From: Balamuthia mandrillaris | Lineage: Eukaryota | Direction: 5' to 3' | Assembly (NCBI GenBank): GCA_031835245.2 | Contig: JAVKOQ020000041.1 | Span: 1 to 64,000, forward strand | Length of the DNA: 64,000 nucleotides | Part shown: one piece after another, positions 24,226 through 36,936 of the stretch | How positions within the stretch are numbered: the first letter of the stretch is position 1 | Layout: every line of letters begins with the position of its first letter | Program-made: the position numbers and the translations under genes | The notes under the pieces: model-generated | Told to the model about the DNA's origin: nothing | What the model saw: only the letters and a program-made list of their open reading frames with translations | Databases searched by the model: none

Positions 24226-25455
24226 ATGGAGGAGAACGGTGGTACCCCTTCTGCGGTGGTCATTGATTGCGGCTCTTTGTGGAGCAAGGCCGGTTTTGCG
24301 GGGCAGGACTTGCCTTCTTGCGTGGTCCCCTCCGTGGTTGGCGTTCCTAGACGCAGTACCCCGCTCGCCTCGCTCCAAAGCAGCGAGCTCCACGCGGGCG
24401 AAACGGCGCTACGCCAACGGGACAGCCACTCCTTGTCCCTCCGTTACCCCATCGAACACGGCATCGTGACCAACTGGGATCACATGGAAACGCTGTGGCG
24501 CCACATCTTCTGCAACGAGCTGAGTGTGGCTCCCGAGGACCACCCTGTCCTCACCACCGAGGTCCCTGCCCCCAAAGCCAACAGGGAGAAAATGACAGAG
24601 ATAATGTTCGAGGTGTTTAACGTCCCCGCCTTTTGTGTGGCCCTACAGGCCTTGCTGAGCCTCTACGCCTCGGGCAGGACGACTGGTGTGGCGGTGGAGT
24701 GTGGGGAGGGGGTGGTGTATAGCGTGCCGGTGTATGAGGGATACTCTTTGCCGCACGCCATCCTTCGCTTGGACATTGCGGGCTGCGACTTGACCGACTC
24801 TCTTCTTCCTCTGCTTTATAAACGAGAACAAGAACAAGAGCAAGAGCAAGAACAACAAAGTGGTGGCAGTGATGGAAGCCGACGAATAGACACAGTACAG
24901 GATAGAGCAACATGCAGAGATATCAAAGAGAGTATGTGCTATGTTGCGCTCGACTATGAGCAGGAGCTTCTGACGCTGCCGCAGTCTACCTCTTTGAAAG
25001 TACCCTACTTGCTACCGGACGGCTCCGTCCTGAACCTCTCCGAAGAACGCTTCCGCTGTGGGGAGGCACTCTTTCGCCCCTCTCTCCTAGCTGGGGCAAG
25101 CAGCGGTTATGATATGCGTGGTCTGCACGAGCTGATCTTCAACTCCATCCAAAGGTGCGACTTTTGCATCCGCCAAGACATGTTCAACAACATCGTCTTG
25201 TCCGGTGGCACATCGATGTTTGCTGGTGTGCAGCCCAGGTTAAAGCGAGAGTTGATGAGAATGACCAGCGGATATGGAAATGATAGAGATACAGCAAGAT
25301 GGCGGCCTCGGGTGCATGCTCCCCTGAACAGAAAGTATGGAGCGTGGGTTGGAGGTTCGCTGATGGCATCTCTGGACTCTTTCCGGCAACTATGGATAAC
25401 AAAGCTGGAGTACGATGAGGCGGGGCCAAGCATAGTTCACAGAAAGTGCTTTTGA
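24226..25455 (+). CDS. Divergent actin / actin-like protein, intronless
   Basis: VVIDCGS..KAGFAG, YPIEHGIVTNWD, PKANREKMTEIMFE, VPVYEGYSLPHAILRLD, NIVLSGGTSMF, EYDEAGPSIVHRKCF*. Confidence 0.93.
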   Translation: MEENGGTPSAVVIDCGSLWSKAGFAGQDLPSCVVPSVVGVPRRSTPLASLQSSELHAGETALRQRDSHSLSLRYPIEHGIVTNWDHMETLWRHIFCNELSVAPEDHPVLTTEVPAPKANREKMTEIMFEVFNVPAFCVALQALLSLYASGRTTGVAVECGEGVVYSVPVYEGYSLPHAILRLDIAGCDLTDSLLPLLYKREQEQEQEQEQQSGGSDGSRRIDTVQDRATCRDIKESMCYVALDYEQELLTLPQSTSLKVPYLLPDGSVLNLSEERFRCGEALFRPSLLAGASSGYDMRGLHELIFNSIQRCDFCIRQDMFNNIVLSGGTSMFAGVQPRLKRELMRMTSGYGNDRDTARWRPRVHAPLNRKYGAWVGGSLMASLDSFRQLWITKLEYDEAGPSIVHRKCF

Positions 25456-25831
25456 CCCTAAATTCGCCACAGTTTTTCCATGTATTATATGATCTTTTCC
25501 TCCTCTTAACTTTGTTAATAAATACTTGGGTTTCTTGTTGTTCAACTCGCAGAAAAACAATGCTGCTGGTTCCGTACATATAGAAGAGGCAATGCGCAAT
25601 CTCCAGCTCTCTTCGCGGCTCACCTCCTGCTCCGCGCTTTCGTCACCATCATCTCTGTTTTGACTCTACGCTCTGCAACACGTGTTGTTGGTTTTGCATG
25701 AGAATAAGCTGGCAAAAACAGCAAACATTATGATTGAAATAAGAATACGCACAAGATGCTTTCTGTTGGCTCGACCTTCCATAATCTTCTTCTCTTCCAT
25801 TTGTGTTCTCTTCTCCGCTTCTATTCCACTG

Positions 25832-26733
25832 TTATTTACCTAAACTAGCATCAAGGCAATGCCGTATCCTCTCTTCGGAAGCCACCGAGATGGTGTACTC
25901 TGGTGGTCGCAGCGCTCCTCCCATGAAGCAGCTCTCGTTGCGGTAACTCATGACGCTCTGTCGTTTGGTCCTGCCACTGATGTGAAACTCGGCAGCGCCA
26001 CAGCCGTGCATGATCTTCTTGATGTTTCTTTCAGTGATGCCTCCTCCTGGCACGATGCGAATGCGGTTGTTGGCTTTGGCCACTAACGCTGCTAAGGTGT
26101 CGAGTCCCTCTAAACAGGTCGCCTCTCCTCCTGAAGTGAGAATACGATCTATTCTTCCTGGTGAGGAGAAGAATGGAAAGCGTTAGCATGACAAAGGGGT
26201 TAGAAGAATGGAGAACGGTTCGAACCGTTTTGGCTGCGAGCACCGACTGCAATGATGTCCTCCATGGCTTGGTAGAGGTCGTTACTCATGTCAATGGCTC
26301 GATGGAAGGTAATAGTAAGCGGGGCGGCGAGGTCCACCAACTGCAATGTTCTTTCCGTGTCAACCCGACCATCGGGGAGGAGCAGGCCAAGGACAAAGCC
26401 GTCGACGTAGGCCTTGCAGAGCGTTATGTCGCTGACCATCACTTGGAACTCGGAGTCGCTGTAGCAAAAGTCACCCCCTCGAGGCCGTATCATCACATGA
26501 AGCTCCATTCGTGCCTCTCCTTCGCCGTCCTTGGTTTTGTTGTTGATGCTCTGACGCACTTGCTGGATCATCCCGAGAGAGGGGGTTGTTCCGCCTTCGA
26601 ATAAGTTGGCACAGAGCTCGACTCTGGCAGCTCCTGCTGCATACGCTGCCAAAGCGGACTCCACCGAGTCCACGCATACTTGACACTCGAAGCCAGCTTC
26701 CTCCTCCTGGGCCGAAGCGCAAGAAGAAGTCAT
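25832..26733 (-). CDS. CUTC: Copper homeostasis protein CutC, 2 exons
   Basis: VCVDSVESA, RVELCANLFEGGTTPSLG, HVMIRPRGGDFCY, TFHRAID, RILTSG, PGGGI, EFHISG. Confidence 0.95.
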
Positions 26734-27301
26734 CCTTTTCTCTCTTCTTTAGTTTCACCATCTTTCCGGCTTCACAAGTTCAACACAAATGCTGCTCGGC
26801 CGGAAGATGGGCCTATCCAATCAACAACAAACGGAGTTACAAATTGTCGACAAAATTCAAACACCGCCCTCTCCGAATTTTTTCCCACTTTGCTGACGAC
26901 TGCTGCCAATTTTTCCCTCTCTCAAACTAAAAAAGTTTCCAGCAGCCAAGACCAAGAGCGTACGCTGTCGTCAAAGAGGAGAACTACCGTGGACACAACT
27001 TTATGTACGTTGTTGGTGTTTTTCTTTTTTTTTTTGTGGAGGGTGGAGGGAGGGAGATTGTTAAGGGGGATTTGTGTTTATGTTTTTTGGCGTGGAAATC
27101 CTCCTCAGGAGAAGATTTGATTGGCTTCCTTTGAAGTAGCAGGATTATTTTTTTCGTCGCCTCGCTTGTTGGGGTTTTTTTTGTTTGTTATCGCATCCTT
27201 TTTCTCCTGTCTATTTCCTTTTTGTTTTTCTTTTGTTTTTTTTTTGTGGAGTTTTTCCCCTTTTGGCCAACTCTTGTCTCTCTTTGAAATCAAAGATCGC
27301 A

Positions 27302-28192
<891 letters not shown>

Positions 28193-28766
28193 TGAACGGA
28201 GTTTGTTGTTGTGGTAACTCCGTGTTCCTGGAAACCACATCACACAAAATGTCCGCTGCTGCTCTATGCGACCGTTACACACTTGGCAAGTAAAACCGCA
28301 TAACGTTAGATTAGGGCACGTCCAGGGTTGCCCTTTGCGCCTAAATAAAAAATAATAATAATAATTAGCGGAAGGCAGGAGGACCGAACAAGACACAAAA
28401 AAAAAACAAGCCAAAGAGGGATAGGCAGGGTTTTTTCAGCGCACAGAAGAAGGGGCCTTTATGTACATTTTTTTTTGCTGAAGGTTTGTCCGTGTTTTGT
28501 TTGTTGGTTTTTTTTCACCAAGTTTTTCATCTTTATTTTTATTTGGTTGGTTTTTGTCTTAGCAACTTCAAAGATGAAATGTTTTTTCTTCCATCTGTTT
28601 CTGTCTCTCTTTTCATTCTTTCAATGTTTCCTTCTCTTCTACTTCGTAAAAACAAACCAACCTTTTGTTGTTTCCTCGCCTTTTAGGCAACAGATCCTTT
28701 TTCTACCGGCAGTAAGATCGCGTTCTCTTGACAGTTGAAACACTACAGCTGCAACAAAAATCGAAC

Positions 28767-31634
28767 ATGGAAGGACACTCGTCCCTCAAAAGCAGGGAGA
28801 AGCCACAGCTGGAAGAGCCACAAACCGACTCTAAGCGTGCGCGCAGGACCGAAGAAGACTACGAAGAAGCACACGAAGAAGAGGAGGAGGAAAGAGGGGT
28901 GGTTGACAACGCTAATAATCAAAACAACAATGAGGATGGCAACAACGAAGAGCTCTCTCATTCGATTCTGGCCAACTCGGGCCGAAACTTGTTGCGCCTT
29001 TCCCAGTTTGAGCGGTTCTTACAGACGACGAACCTCAGCGACTCTTCGTTCGGGCTGAGCTCCAGCATCGGTGGACTCGCGGCTCATCTGGGAGCCTCTG
29101 ACCCGTTTGGAGGGAGCTGGCAAGATAACTTGGAGCCAATGTACGTGAGCCTCTTTTCTTTCATTTTCTTTTCACTTCCTCATTTTTTTCTTTTTTCTTT
29201 TCATTTTTCTTTCCTCCAAAAACTCAAACACTTTCTATTCGTTATAACGCAGAGATACACCAGAACAACAACAACGTATGCAGCAGAGCGCAGCTCTTCA
29301 GGAACAGCTGTTACGGACTTCCTATCTCCTTCGCAGATCGCAAGAAGGACTGTCTACTACCGGACATGAAGGAGGACCTTCCGCTGCCGCTATCAAGCTG
29401 GAGGAAGGAGGTTACGTTGGTACCTCCGTTTCGCCTTACGAGTTATTCAATCGCGGCCATGCCGCTGGAAATGGAAGCGGAACGAGTGGAGAAGATGCTT
29501 CGGCGTTAGGTTATAGTGTTGGAGGAGCAGGCGGACCTTTCCCTTATGAATTGAGCGAATCTGTCACAAACTTGTTGGATCCGGCATCTCTTGCTTCGTT
29601 GACGGAATACTTAAAGAGAGAGAAAGGAGATTTAGGCGAGCCTGCTGTGTCAATACCTGTTTCTACTTCTACTACTTCTACGTCCACTTCCTCTGCTTCC
29701 TCGTCTTCCTCCGCTTCCACTCCATCTTCTTCTGCCTCCACAAGTACGCCCAAACCTAATATTCGTAAAACGATAAGGAAAGGACGCAAGAACCAAACCA
29801 TAGAAGAGCGACCTCCTCCTACGGTACCTGTTCTTCCTTTTTTCTTTTATTTCTCTACCTTTCTTTTTCGCTATTCTATGTTCCCCTCTGTATTCAGTTT
29901 TTTTTTTGTTGTAAAAACTACAGTTTCTAATTTCTACACCCAAAAAAACAGCCGCTGGAATCAGCAGCCGCTGCTGAAGTATCAATGGCACTACAAGCCG
30001 GCCAAACAGCACCGGGACTGATCATCCAACTGAACCAACTCCACCTCGCCATCGAAAACCAGCTCAAGAACATGCGCTACCAGCAACGAAGATTGCTGGA
30101 GACCCTTCCCCCGCCCGAACAACTCTCTCAACTTCTCAAAACCCAAGGCGAGCTCATGCAAAAGATCGACAAAGCCAGCGCTCAACTTAAGTACATTAAC
30201 GACACTATCATCCTGACCACCCAAGAAGCCCACAAGCTGGTCCTCCTTTTGGAGGCTTTGGCGCTGGATGCTCGCATCCTCTCCCTTTACCAAGAGGAAC
30301 TGGCTCGCTTCCAATGCGACCCGCCCAACAGGGAGCCAGTCGCCGCTCTTGTCATTACCAAACAACCCTTCCCCTGCACCGTCAAACAATCCAAGTCGGT
30401 GGATGAGACGGTGGAGGTGCGGCTGTTGATGGGGGCTGTGGTGGACCTCAACGACGCGAGTGAGGTAAAAGCGGAGCTTATGAATGAGGAGTATCACCCG
30501 GCTCATAACACGAACACCAAGAGAAAGGTGGCCAATGCCTCCTTCCCTTCCATCCAAAACGGATCGGAGAGAATGGATGAAGCCGGTGTGGCCACTTTCA
30601 AGCGGCTCACTTTTCCTCATGGCTCTCGAGTCAAGTCCGTGAACATGCGATTCACGGCGGATCTCGTGCTCAATGGACAGAAAGTGCAGCTGCTCAGCGA
30701 GCCCTCCAAGCCTTTTATTGTCATGACGAACCATGGACAGCGCTCTACCACGGAAGGCAAGTTGCTCAAAAAACACACTTTTCTGGGTCAGTCGGAGATC
30801 CTGTGGCCTGCCTTTGCTAATGCCATGCAACTACATTACATTCGAGCCACGAAACAAGAACCCGATAAACCAAAAAGGTATTTCTACCTTCTACCTCTCA
30901 CCCTTCTCTCCCCTCCCTCCCTCCCTGCACAAGAGAAAACTAACTCTTGATTATATTTTTATTAAAACACCAGACCACTATCACCAAAAGACATTGAATA
31001 CCTTCATCTCACCAAATTTGCAGGAAAGAGCAGCATAACACAGGAGGACTATGACTCCTTTTGGGCGTGGTTCGGCACCATCCTGTACAAAATCCGCAAC
31101 CACCAAAAGCACATCCTTCCCATGTGGATACAAGGCCTCATCTATGGCTTCCTCTCCAGAGAGGACTCAGACCGGTTGTTGCAAGACCAGTCGGCGGTTC
31201 CCGGTTCTTTCTTGGTTCGTTTCAGCGACAGATGCGTGGGACAGTTCGTAGTCGTGTATGTTGCGCACAAAGATGGCAGTCTTGGCAGCGTCGACAGTAT
31301 GTCAGGAGGAGGAGGCGGAACCTCCTCCTCACCAACCTCTTCTTTGGAGGATATGAGCACGCTTACAACCACAACAACGACCAGCGGGGGAGGAGGAGAG
31401 CAACGTGTTATCAAGCATTACTTGGTCTCTCCAGAGGAGATAGAGAAGAAGTCTACGTTGCCAGATTTTTTGCGCGACTGCGAGAACCTTTGGTACTTGT
31501 TGCAGGTGGTGCGGGACGAGGAGACCGGTGTTGTCAGTTTGAGGCCGCGAAGAAAGGATGAGATCATGGCGCCGTATTATTCTACGGCACGTCCTCAGCC
31601 TTTGCCTCTTGGTTATGATAACCGACAACCTTAG
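28767..31634 (+). CDS. STAT transcription factor, amoebozoan type (coiled coil, DNA-binding, linker, SH2, C-terminal Tyr), multi-exon
   Basis: AALVITKQPFP, LTFPHGSRVKSVNMRF, SKPFIVMTN, FWAWFG, MWIQGLIYGFLSRE, GSFLVRFSDR (SH2), terminal LGYDNRQP*. Confidence 0.92.
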
Positions 31635-31838
31635 CGCGTCAGTTCAGTCAACTTTTTTTTCTCTTCACCGTTTTGTTTTTCCCCTTTGTAAACAAAAAAA
31701 ATAAGTTTGTGCATGTTCCTTTTTTGTTTGGGTCTTTCCTGATGTTTTCCCACAAAGGAGAAGTCGAGTGGTGTACCCTTCCGTTTTGCATGACGAGAAG
31801 AGATACTGCATCACACCTTCGCTGCTCCCTCTCTTCTC

Positions 31839-31882
<44 letters not shown>

Positions 31883-32144
31883 TCTCTGCCTGATCTCATC
31901 TCATCTATTTCTTTACGTTGTGCTGGGTATTTGGCGGGAAATCCCTCCTCAATTTCTGCTCAACGGGAGGTCCACGAAACAGAAAACAGAATAAAGGAGA
32001 ACGCAAAGAGAGCAGGCGAAAGGGAGGAGAAAGGGGAGACGGTCACGACACTCTTGTCCTGAGCGTTTATTTATTTATATTTATATATTTTTTGCTCCTT
32101 ATTCACTGTTTTGTGGTTTATGCTGCGGTTAACCGAGCCATTTT

Positions 32145-32678
32145 TTATCTTCTGAGCATTTTGCTGCCCTTCTCCCAGTCTTCGAGGTGAGCGCGCAGGT
32201 CCTTGGCCATTTTCTTGTGCATCCTAATGATTTCCTCCAAAAAGTCAGAGGTGGCCGTGTCGTTTTGGTCCTTGACCTTCCAATGATCCTTCATAAGGTG
32301 CCTGATAAAGATCTCCTGGTCCTCCAACAACAGCTTCAGCGTCTGCAGCTCGGAGGGCCACTTCTCGCTGGGGATGGGGGTGATCCTGGTCAGCTGCACC
32401 ATCTCGGGAGGGGTTGGCACGCGCACGCCAAAGTTCCTTATCTCCTTGCCAATGAGCTCCAGGTGGTGCATGACGATGCACTCGTGCTTCTCGAGGAGCT
32501 TGCACAGCTGCAGGTAGTGGGGGCCGATGAGGTTATGCTTGAAGTTGTTGTACTTGGTCCAGAGGATGAGGTGGTCCGCCATGGCCTTGCAGAGCACGAA
32601 GGAGGACAGCCTGCAGGCTTCCTCGTCGAGGCCAAGCTTGGGCTTGAGGTTTTGGCAGTCAAGGGAGAACTGGCTCAT
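32145..32678 (-). CDS. Dps-like (ferritin superfamily) protein, intronless, ferroxidase ligands substituted
   Basis: ADHLILWTKYNNFKHNLIGPHYLQLCKLLE..LELIGKEIRNFG and DTATSDFLEEIIRMHKKMAKDLRAHLE align by eye, without gaps, to bacterial Dps (LYTK..NYHWNV.G..F..LH..FE..D..AERIR.LG; D.GTADFL....HEKMAWMLRAHL). Confidence 0.8.
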   Translation of the reverse strand: MSQFSLDCQNLKPKLGLDEEACRLSSFVLCKAMADHLILWTKYNNFKHNLIGPHYLQLCKLLEKHECIVMHHLELIGKEIRNFGVRVPTPPEMVQLTRITPIPSEKWPSELQTLKLLLEDQEIFIRHLMKDHWKVKDQNDTATSDFLEEIIRMHKKMAKDLRAHLEDWEKGSKMLRR

Positions 32679-32723
32679 GTTTCTGGGTAGCGAGTGTCAA
32701 GCGTAATGCGGTAAGTTAGAGTG

Positions 32724-32730
32724 TTATATA
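32724..32730 (-). promoter_or_regulatory. Candidate TATA box (TATATAA) of the Dps-like gene
   Basis: TATATAA on the minus strand about 46 nt upstream of the ATG. Confidence 0.55.
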
Positions 32731-33314
32731 GTGTGTTCTTGTGGTTTAATAGTTTGTTGGTGACTTCACATTTACCCTTTTAGTAGAACGAGTGCGCAGG
32801 CTATCCTTGTTTGTTGATGCTCTGAGTTGCTGTTGGTGGTTTTCAAAGAACTCTAAGCCACCAGAAGAGAAAGAGAGAACAAAAAAAGGCTCTAAAAAGC
32901 GGGAAGATGGAGAAAGGTCATGGACGTGGAGGAGAAAGCGAAAGGGAAGAGCCCCCTCGCCGAGAGTGCATGGAGAACTGGCATCGAATGGCTGTTGATT
33001 TCTTGTGTGTTTTCTTCGTTTCGCGCTTTTTGGCGTGTTTTTCACAGGTGATTTCTGCTCTTCTCTTTGTTGGACGTTTCGTATGCTGTTATGGACGCCA
33101 CCAAATTCCCGCAAGCTTGCCCCATCACCAGGATCTCTTCCATGTGGTACGAATTCTGTCTGGGCTTTACTTCCGTTTGTTCTGCCTATCACGACGACAT
33201 GACATACCCTTACCGTAAGGTGCCTCTTGTCCTCAGCCGAACGAAGCCTTTCAAGAAAGCCGAAGAGCCAAGGACCGATGCTCCACTGGCGTTACGACCC
33301 GCACAGCGACACAA

Positions 33315-35143
33315 ATGAACTACGACCAAGGGTCACAGCAGCGACCAAAGCAAGATGGTAACATACTTTCGTCTGTCATGTCTGTCGCAGAGTTTTGGGA
33401 CCTCTCCGATAAGGAACGTAACGCCGAAGCCAATTCCCTGCAAACACGAAGCGAGCTGGAAGCCAAGTTTCAAGACATGCTCATACTTCGGCGCGAGGAA
33501 GTACGTTCCCAGCGAAGCGTCTCAGAAGAGTTGCCGTCGATTCACTCTGGTCCAGGAGCGAGCAGCCCTCTCCATGCCTCCAAACAAACGATAGACTCTC
33601 TACTCTGTCCTTCCTATTGGCGCTGCCTCTGTCCTCAGCTTTCTCTCGAGTCAGATCCATCGGATGCTTTGTTGCGGCTCTATCCCGACGGTGTGGCGCG
33701 TTTGCCTTCCAGTCGTGAGGAACAACTTCGCGAAGAAGTGGTGGAAGAGGGCTATGCCATCTTGGGGTCAAAAGAGTTGCCTTGGTACTTCTTTATCCTT
33801 TATCCGGTTCTTCTCATTCGACTGTCTCTTGTAGTCCCTTCTTGCTTCTTGCTCTTACTCTGCCTCTACTCCTTCATCTTTCTTTCTCAGGTGTTGCGAC
33901 ATGAATGACTTGGCGCTTGGCGTTGTTCAGCTTAAGAGCTTTGGCTGGAGTCCTACTTTCATTTGTATGTTTGACGAGGCAAGTGATTCATTTTCCTGTT
34001 ATGCATGTTGATAAAAATCTCACCGTTAATGCATACCCATGGGCCATTGAAACGATAAACAGGTATGGTTGGTGGTCCAACAGCTGTCTCGAGTGTTGCG
34101 CAACGCCCTTCAACTCAAACTCAACATGGACTTCTTCTGTTTCTACGTTGACGCTTTTTCTGGGCGCGGCGGTAAGCTTGCTTTTTGCCTCTTTCTTCTG
34201 CTGCCGTTTCTCCTCTTCTCGCGACCCAACTCGTCCTTTATTCCCTTGACAAAAGGTTCACCAGGTGCTGGTTGGCCGCCTCACAGAGACCGCCCAAATT
34301 CGGACCCTGTGACGTCCTTCCGTGAGGATGGAACCCCAAAGTATTGTACTGTGTGGATCCCTTTCACTCCAGCGACTCCCGAAAGCAGTTGCTTGTACGT
34401 TGTTCCAGCACACGCTGATCCCAGCTATCGTCAAGTCCGTATAGGTAGGATCTTCTTCTTACTCTTTATCTGTTTCTTTGGTCTAGTTGCTTTATGGTCA
34501 CCATTATTATCTCTTTTATTGGTTTGTGTTGAAATGGAAGGAAAGGATCTTTTGAGCAGCATTTTCACATCACCGGCAACATTTCAGGAGATCAGGGCGT
34601 TACCGTGTGGCCCTGGTGACGTGGTACTTTTCTCCCACCGCCTCGTTCACTGGGGCTCTCGGTGCAAAAAAACGTCTGAAGTACCACGGTACGCATTTCG
34701 GTCCTCCTTTCTGCTCTGTTCTGTGTCTGTGTTTCTGGTTCTTTGCTTCTCTTTTGTTTGGTTTAAAAGAAGCTGACCAAGGTACGAAACACAGAATAGC
34801 ATGTTCGTTTGCTTGTTCCGATGAAGCCTTTGAGAAGCCATACCTTCTTTCCAAATACCTTCCTCTGCCTCCCCCTGCCATACGACTCGCTCTTGTTAGT
34901 GCACAAAAGTTTGCCTACAGTTACCAAGAACCCATTGTGCCTTCTGGCATGGCTGACGTGTATCTAAGAGCTTTTCTTCGAAACATGGAGGCCTTCGATC
35001 CTGAGTATCGGCAACGCATATTCGCCACTGAAGAAGTTCAAAAGGCAGCACTGAGACAATTCAGCCACAAAGCTTTGTATTATTTTTATTATGTAAACAC
35101 ATATGGAGAGAGAGAGAGAGAGAGAGAGAGAAGGAAGAGTTAA
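33315..35143 (+). CDS. PhyH-like Fe(II)/2-oxoglutarate dioxygenase, multi-exon (3' end uncertain)
   Basis: GWPPHRD (HxD), TVWIPFTPATPESSCLYVVP, GDVVLFSHRLVHWGS (distal His), RIACSF. Confidence 0.85.
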
Positions 35144-35207
35144 ATCAAGGAAGGGTAAGCAAAGCACGAAACTGTTGATGTCGTCGGAGAGAGAGAGAGA
35201 GAGAGAG

Positions 35208-35390
35208 AGAGAAGAGAAGAGAAGAGAAGAGAAGAGAAGAGAAGAGAAGAGAAGAGAAGAGAAGAGAAGAGAACGATGAAGAGAAGAGAAGAGAAGAGAA
35301 GAGAACGATGAAGAGAAGAGAAGAGAAGAGAGCGATGAAGAGAAGAGAACGATGAAGAGAAGAGAACGATGAAGAGAACGATGAAGAGAA
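35208..35390. repeat. (GAAGA)n pentanucleotide array with interspersed CGAT variants
   Basis: Directly visible tandem array. Confidence 0.95.
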
Positions 35391-35748
35391 GACCACCACA
35401 AACTTGCTCTCCTCCAGAGTTTGGTGGAAGTTGTCTTCGGTAATCTTCCCAACATAGCCTGGGCGTTGGTGGTCAAAAAGCAAGCCCGGGACCATCCAAC
35501 CAGCTAAAACAGCGGCCACGCAGCTCACTATGTCTCTGTACTTCATCGCTTGAGGTGAAGGGAATGGCGTGTTTTCGTTTGTTTTGTTGCGTTACTCATG
35601 TATAAGTATGAGGCATGCCTCTCTTTTTCCAACCCCCTTCTTAAACTTATCTCCACATTTTCCTCGTTCTGCTTTGTTCAGCAGTGAGTTTATTTACACT
35701 TCACTCCTGTCGAGTGTTGCCATCACAGGGACGCATTCTTCAAGGACC

Positions 35749-36532
35749 TTAGGCTGGCTGGCAACCATCAGGCACTGAGAACACATTATCGGGGGGAGGC
35801 GAGAAGTCCCACGAGGTGAAAGTGAAGACAACGCTGGACTGGTCAGGGTTAGAGCCAATGAACACCGCGCGGTGCATCTTAGGGGAGGGTCCGCCATCGT
35901 TGGTTATCCCAAAGAAGAAGTCTGCATACCAATAGGTTCCCATCGTGAAGAACTTGGCCACCCAATGCTGCACCTTCACGCCCAAGTCGGCCAGCAGCTC
36001 GTAGCCAACCTGTTTGAAGAAGAAGCAGAAGAAGAAAAGGGCAATTGTCAGGCGGTTGACCTGCAGACAATGTGGAAGGATCCACAGCCTCTCACTTAAG
36101 AAAGCGGAGGGAAGAAACTTACAAATGTTGCATTGTTGATCTCCAAGAGATTGGCAGGGAATGGGAAGGACTCGCCTTTGAAGAAGGTACAACCGGTGGG
36201 ACTGTTGAGGTAAGAGGTTCCGTTAACAAAGGCTCCCAGCATCATGGTTTGGGTGGGCGACAAATAAACAAAGTCGATGTGCTTTTGTTCTTCCAGGTTG
36301 TTGTAGTTCACATAGGGAAGTTCCATCCCTAGCATCCGTGCTGTGCCTCTATGTGGGTGTGGGTGAGCGTGAGAGCGTAAGCAGGGTTGCTGAGGTGGAG
36401 GGAATGAGGGGGAAACCTGGCCGTGCCTGTAGCACTCTCGGGAAACGGTTGGCGAGGGAGCACGGGTTCACAACCGGCCAAGTACAAGCATGCTGCAACA
36501 ACAACGAACGAAAGCGCCTGGGCACGAAGCAT
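35749..36532 (-). CDS. Secreted ependymin-related (EPDR, LolA-like fold) protein, 3 exons
   Basis: Signal peptide, then GCTF, ATFVGYE..VQHW and a C-terminal FTSWDFSPPPDNVFSVPDGC (F.vP..C), as in ependymin-related proteins. Confidence 0.6.
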
Positions 36533-36936
36533 CTTCGCTCACTCTATGCAGAGAACTTTTCTCCTCCTGCGAGCTACTCTATGGACAAAAAAAAAGCAGT
36601 GCGAACACTCCTTTATGTTTTCCGATAGCATTTACGCGAAAGAGATGCAAGCCCTGCTTGTACCGGTCTCCCCGCAAGCTCTCCACCCAAAAGTACCATT
36701 CCGGTTTTCATTTGCCAACAACATGTTTCGTCCGCAGAGCAGACGATGTACACGCTCGTGACGACATGGTATAGCCAAGCAACACAACATCAATTTTAAA
36801 TGTCCATATTTCATGGAATTTTATTAATGAGTGTCATTTATTTATATGATAGTCACTGATTGCTTCCCCCTTGTTTTTTGCTTGACGTTCGTGACCGTGA
36901 AAGGTACTTTTTTGGCTTGCGCACCACTCACAACAA

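Noticed and set aside
32145..32678. Bacterial contamination as the source of the Dps-like gene
   Set aside because: It sits between intron-containing genes, has a TATA-like element and host-like flanks, and shares the codon bias of other host genes.
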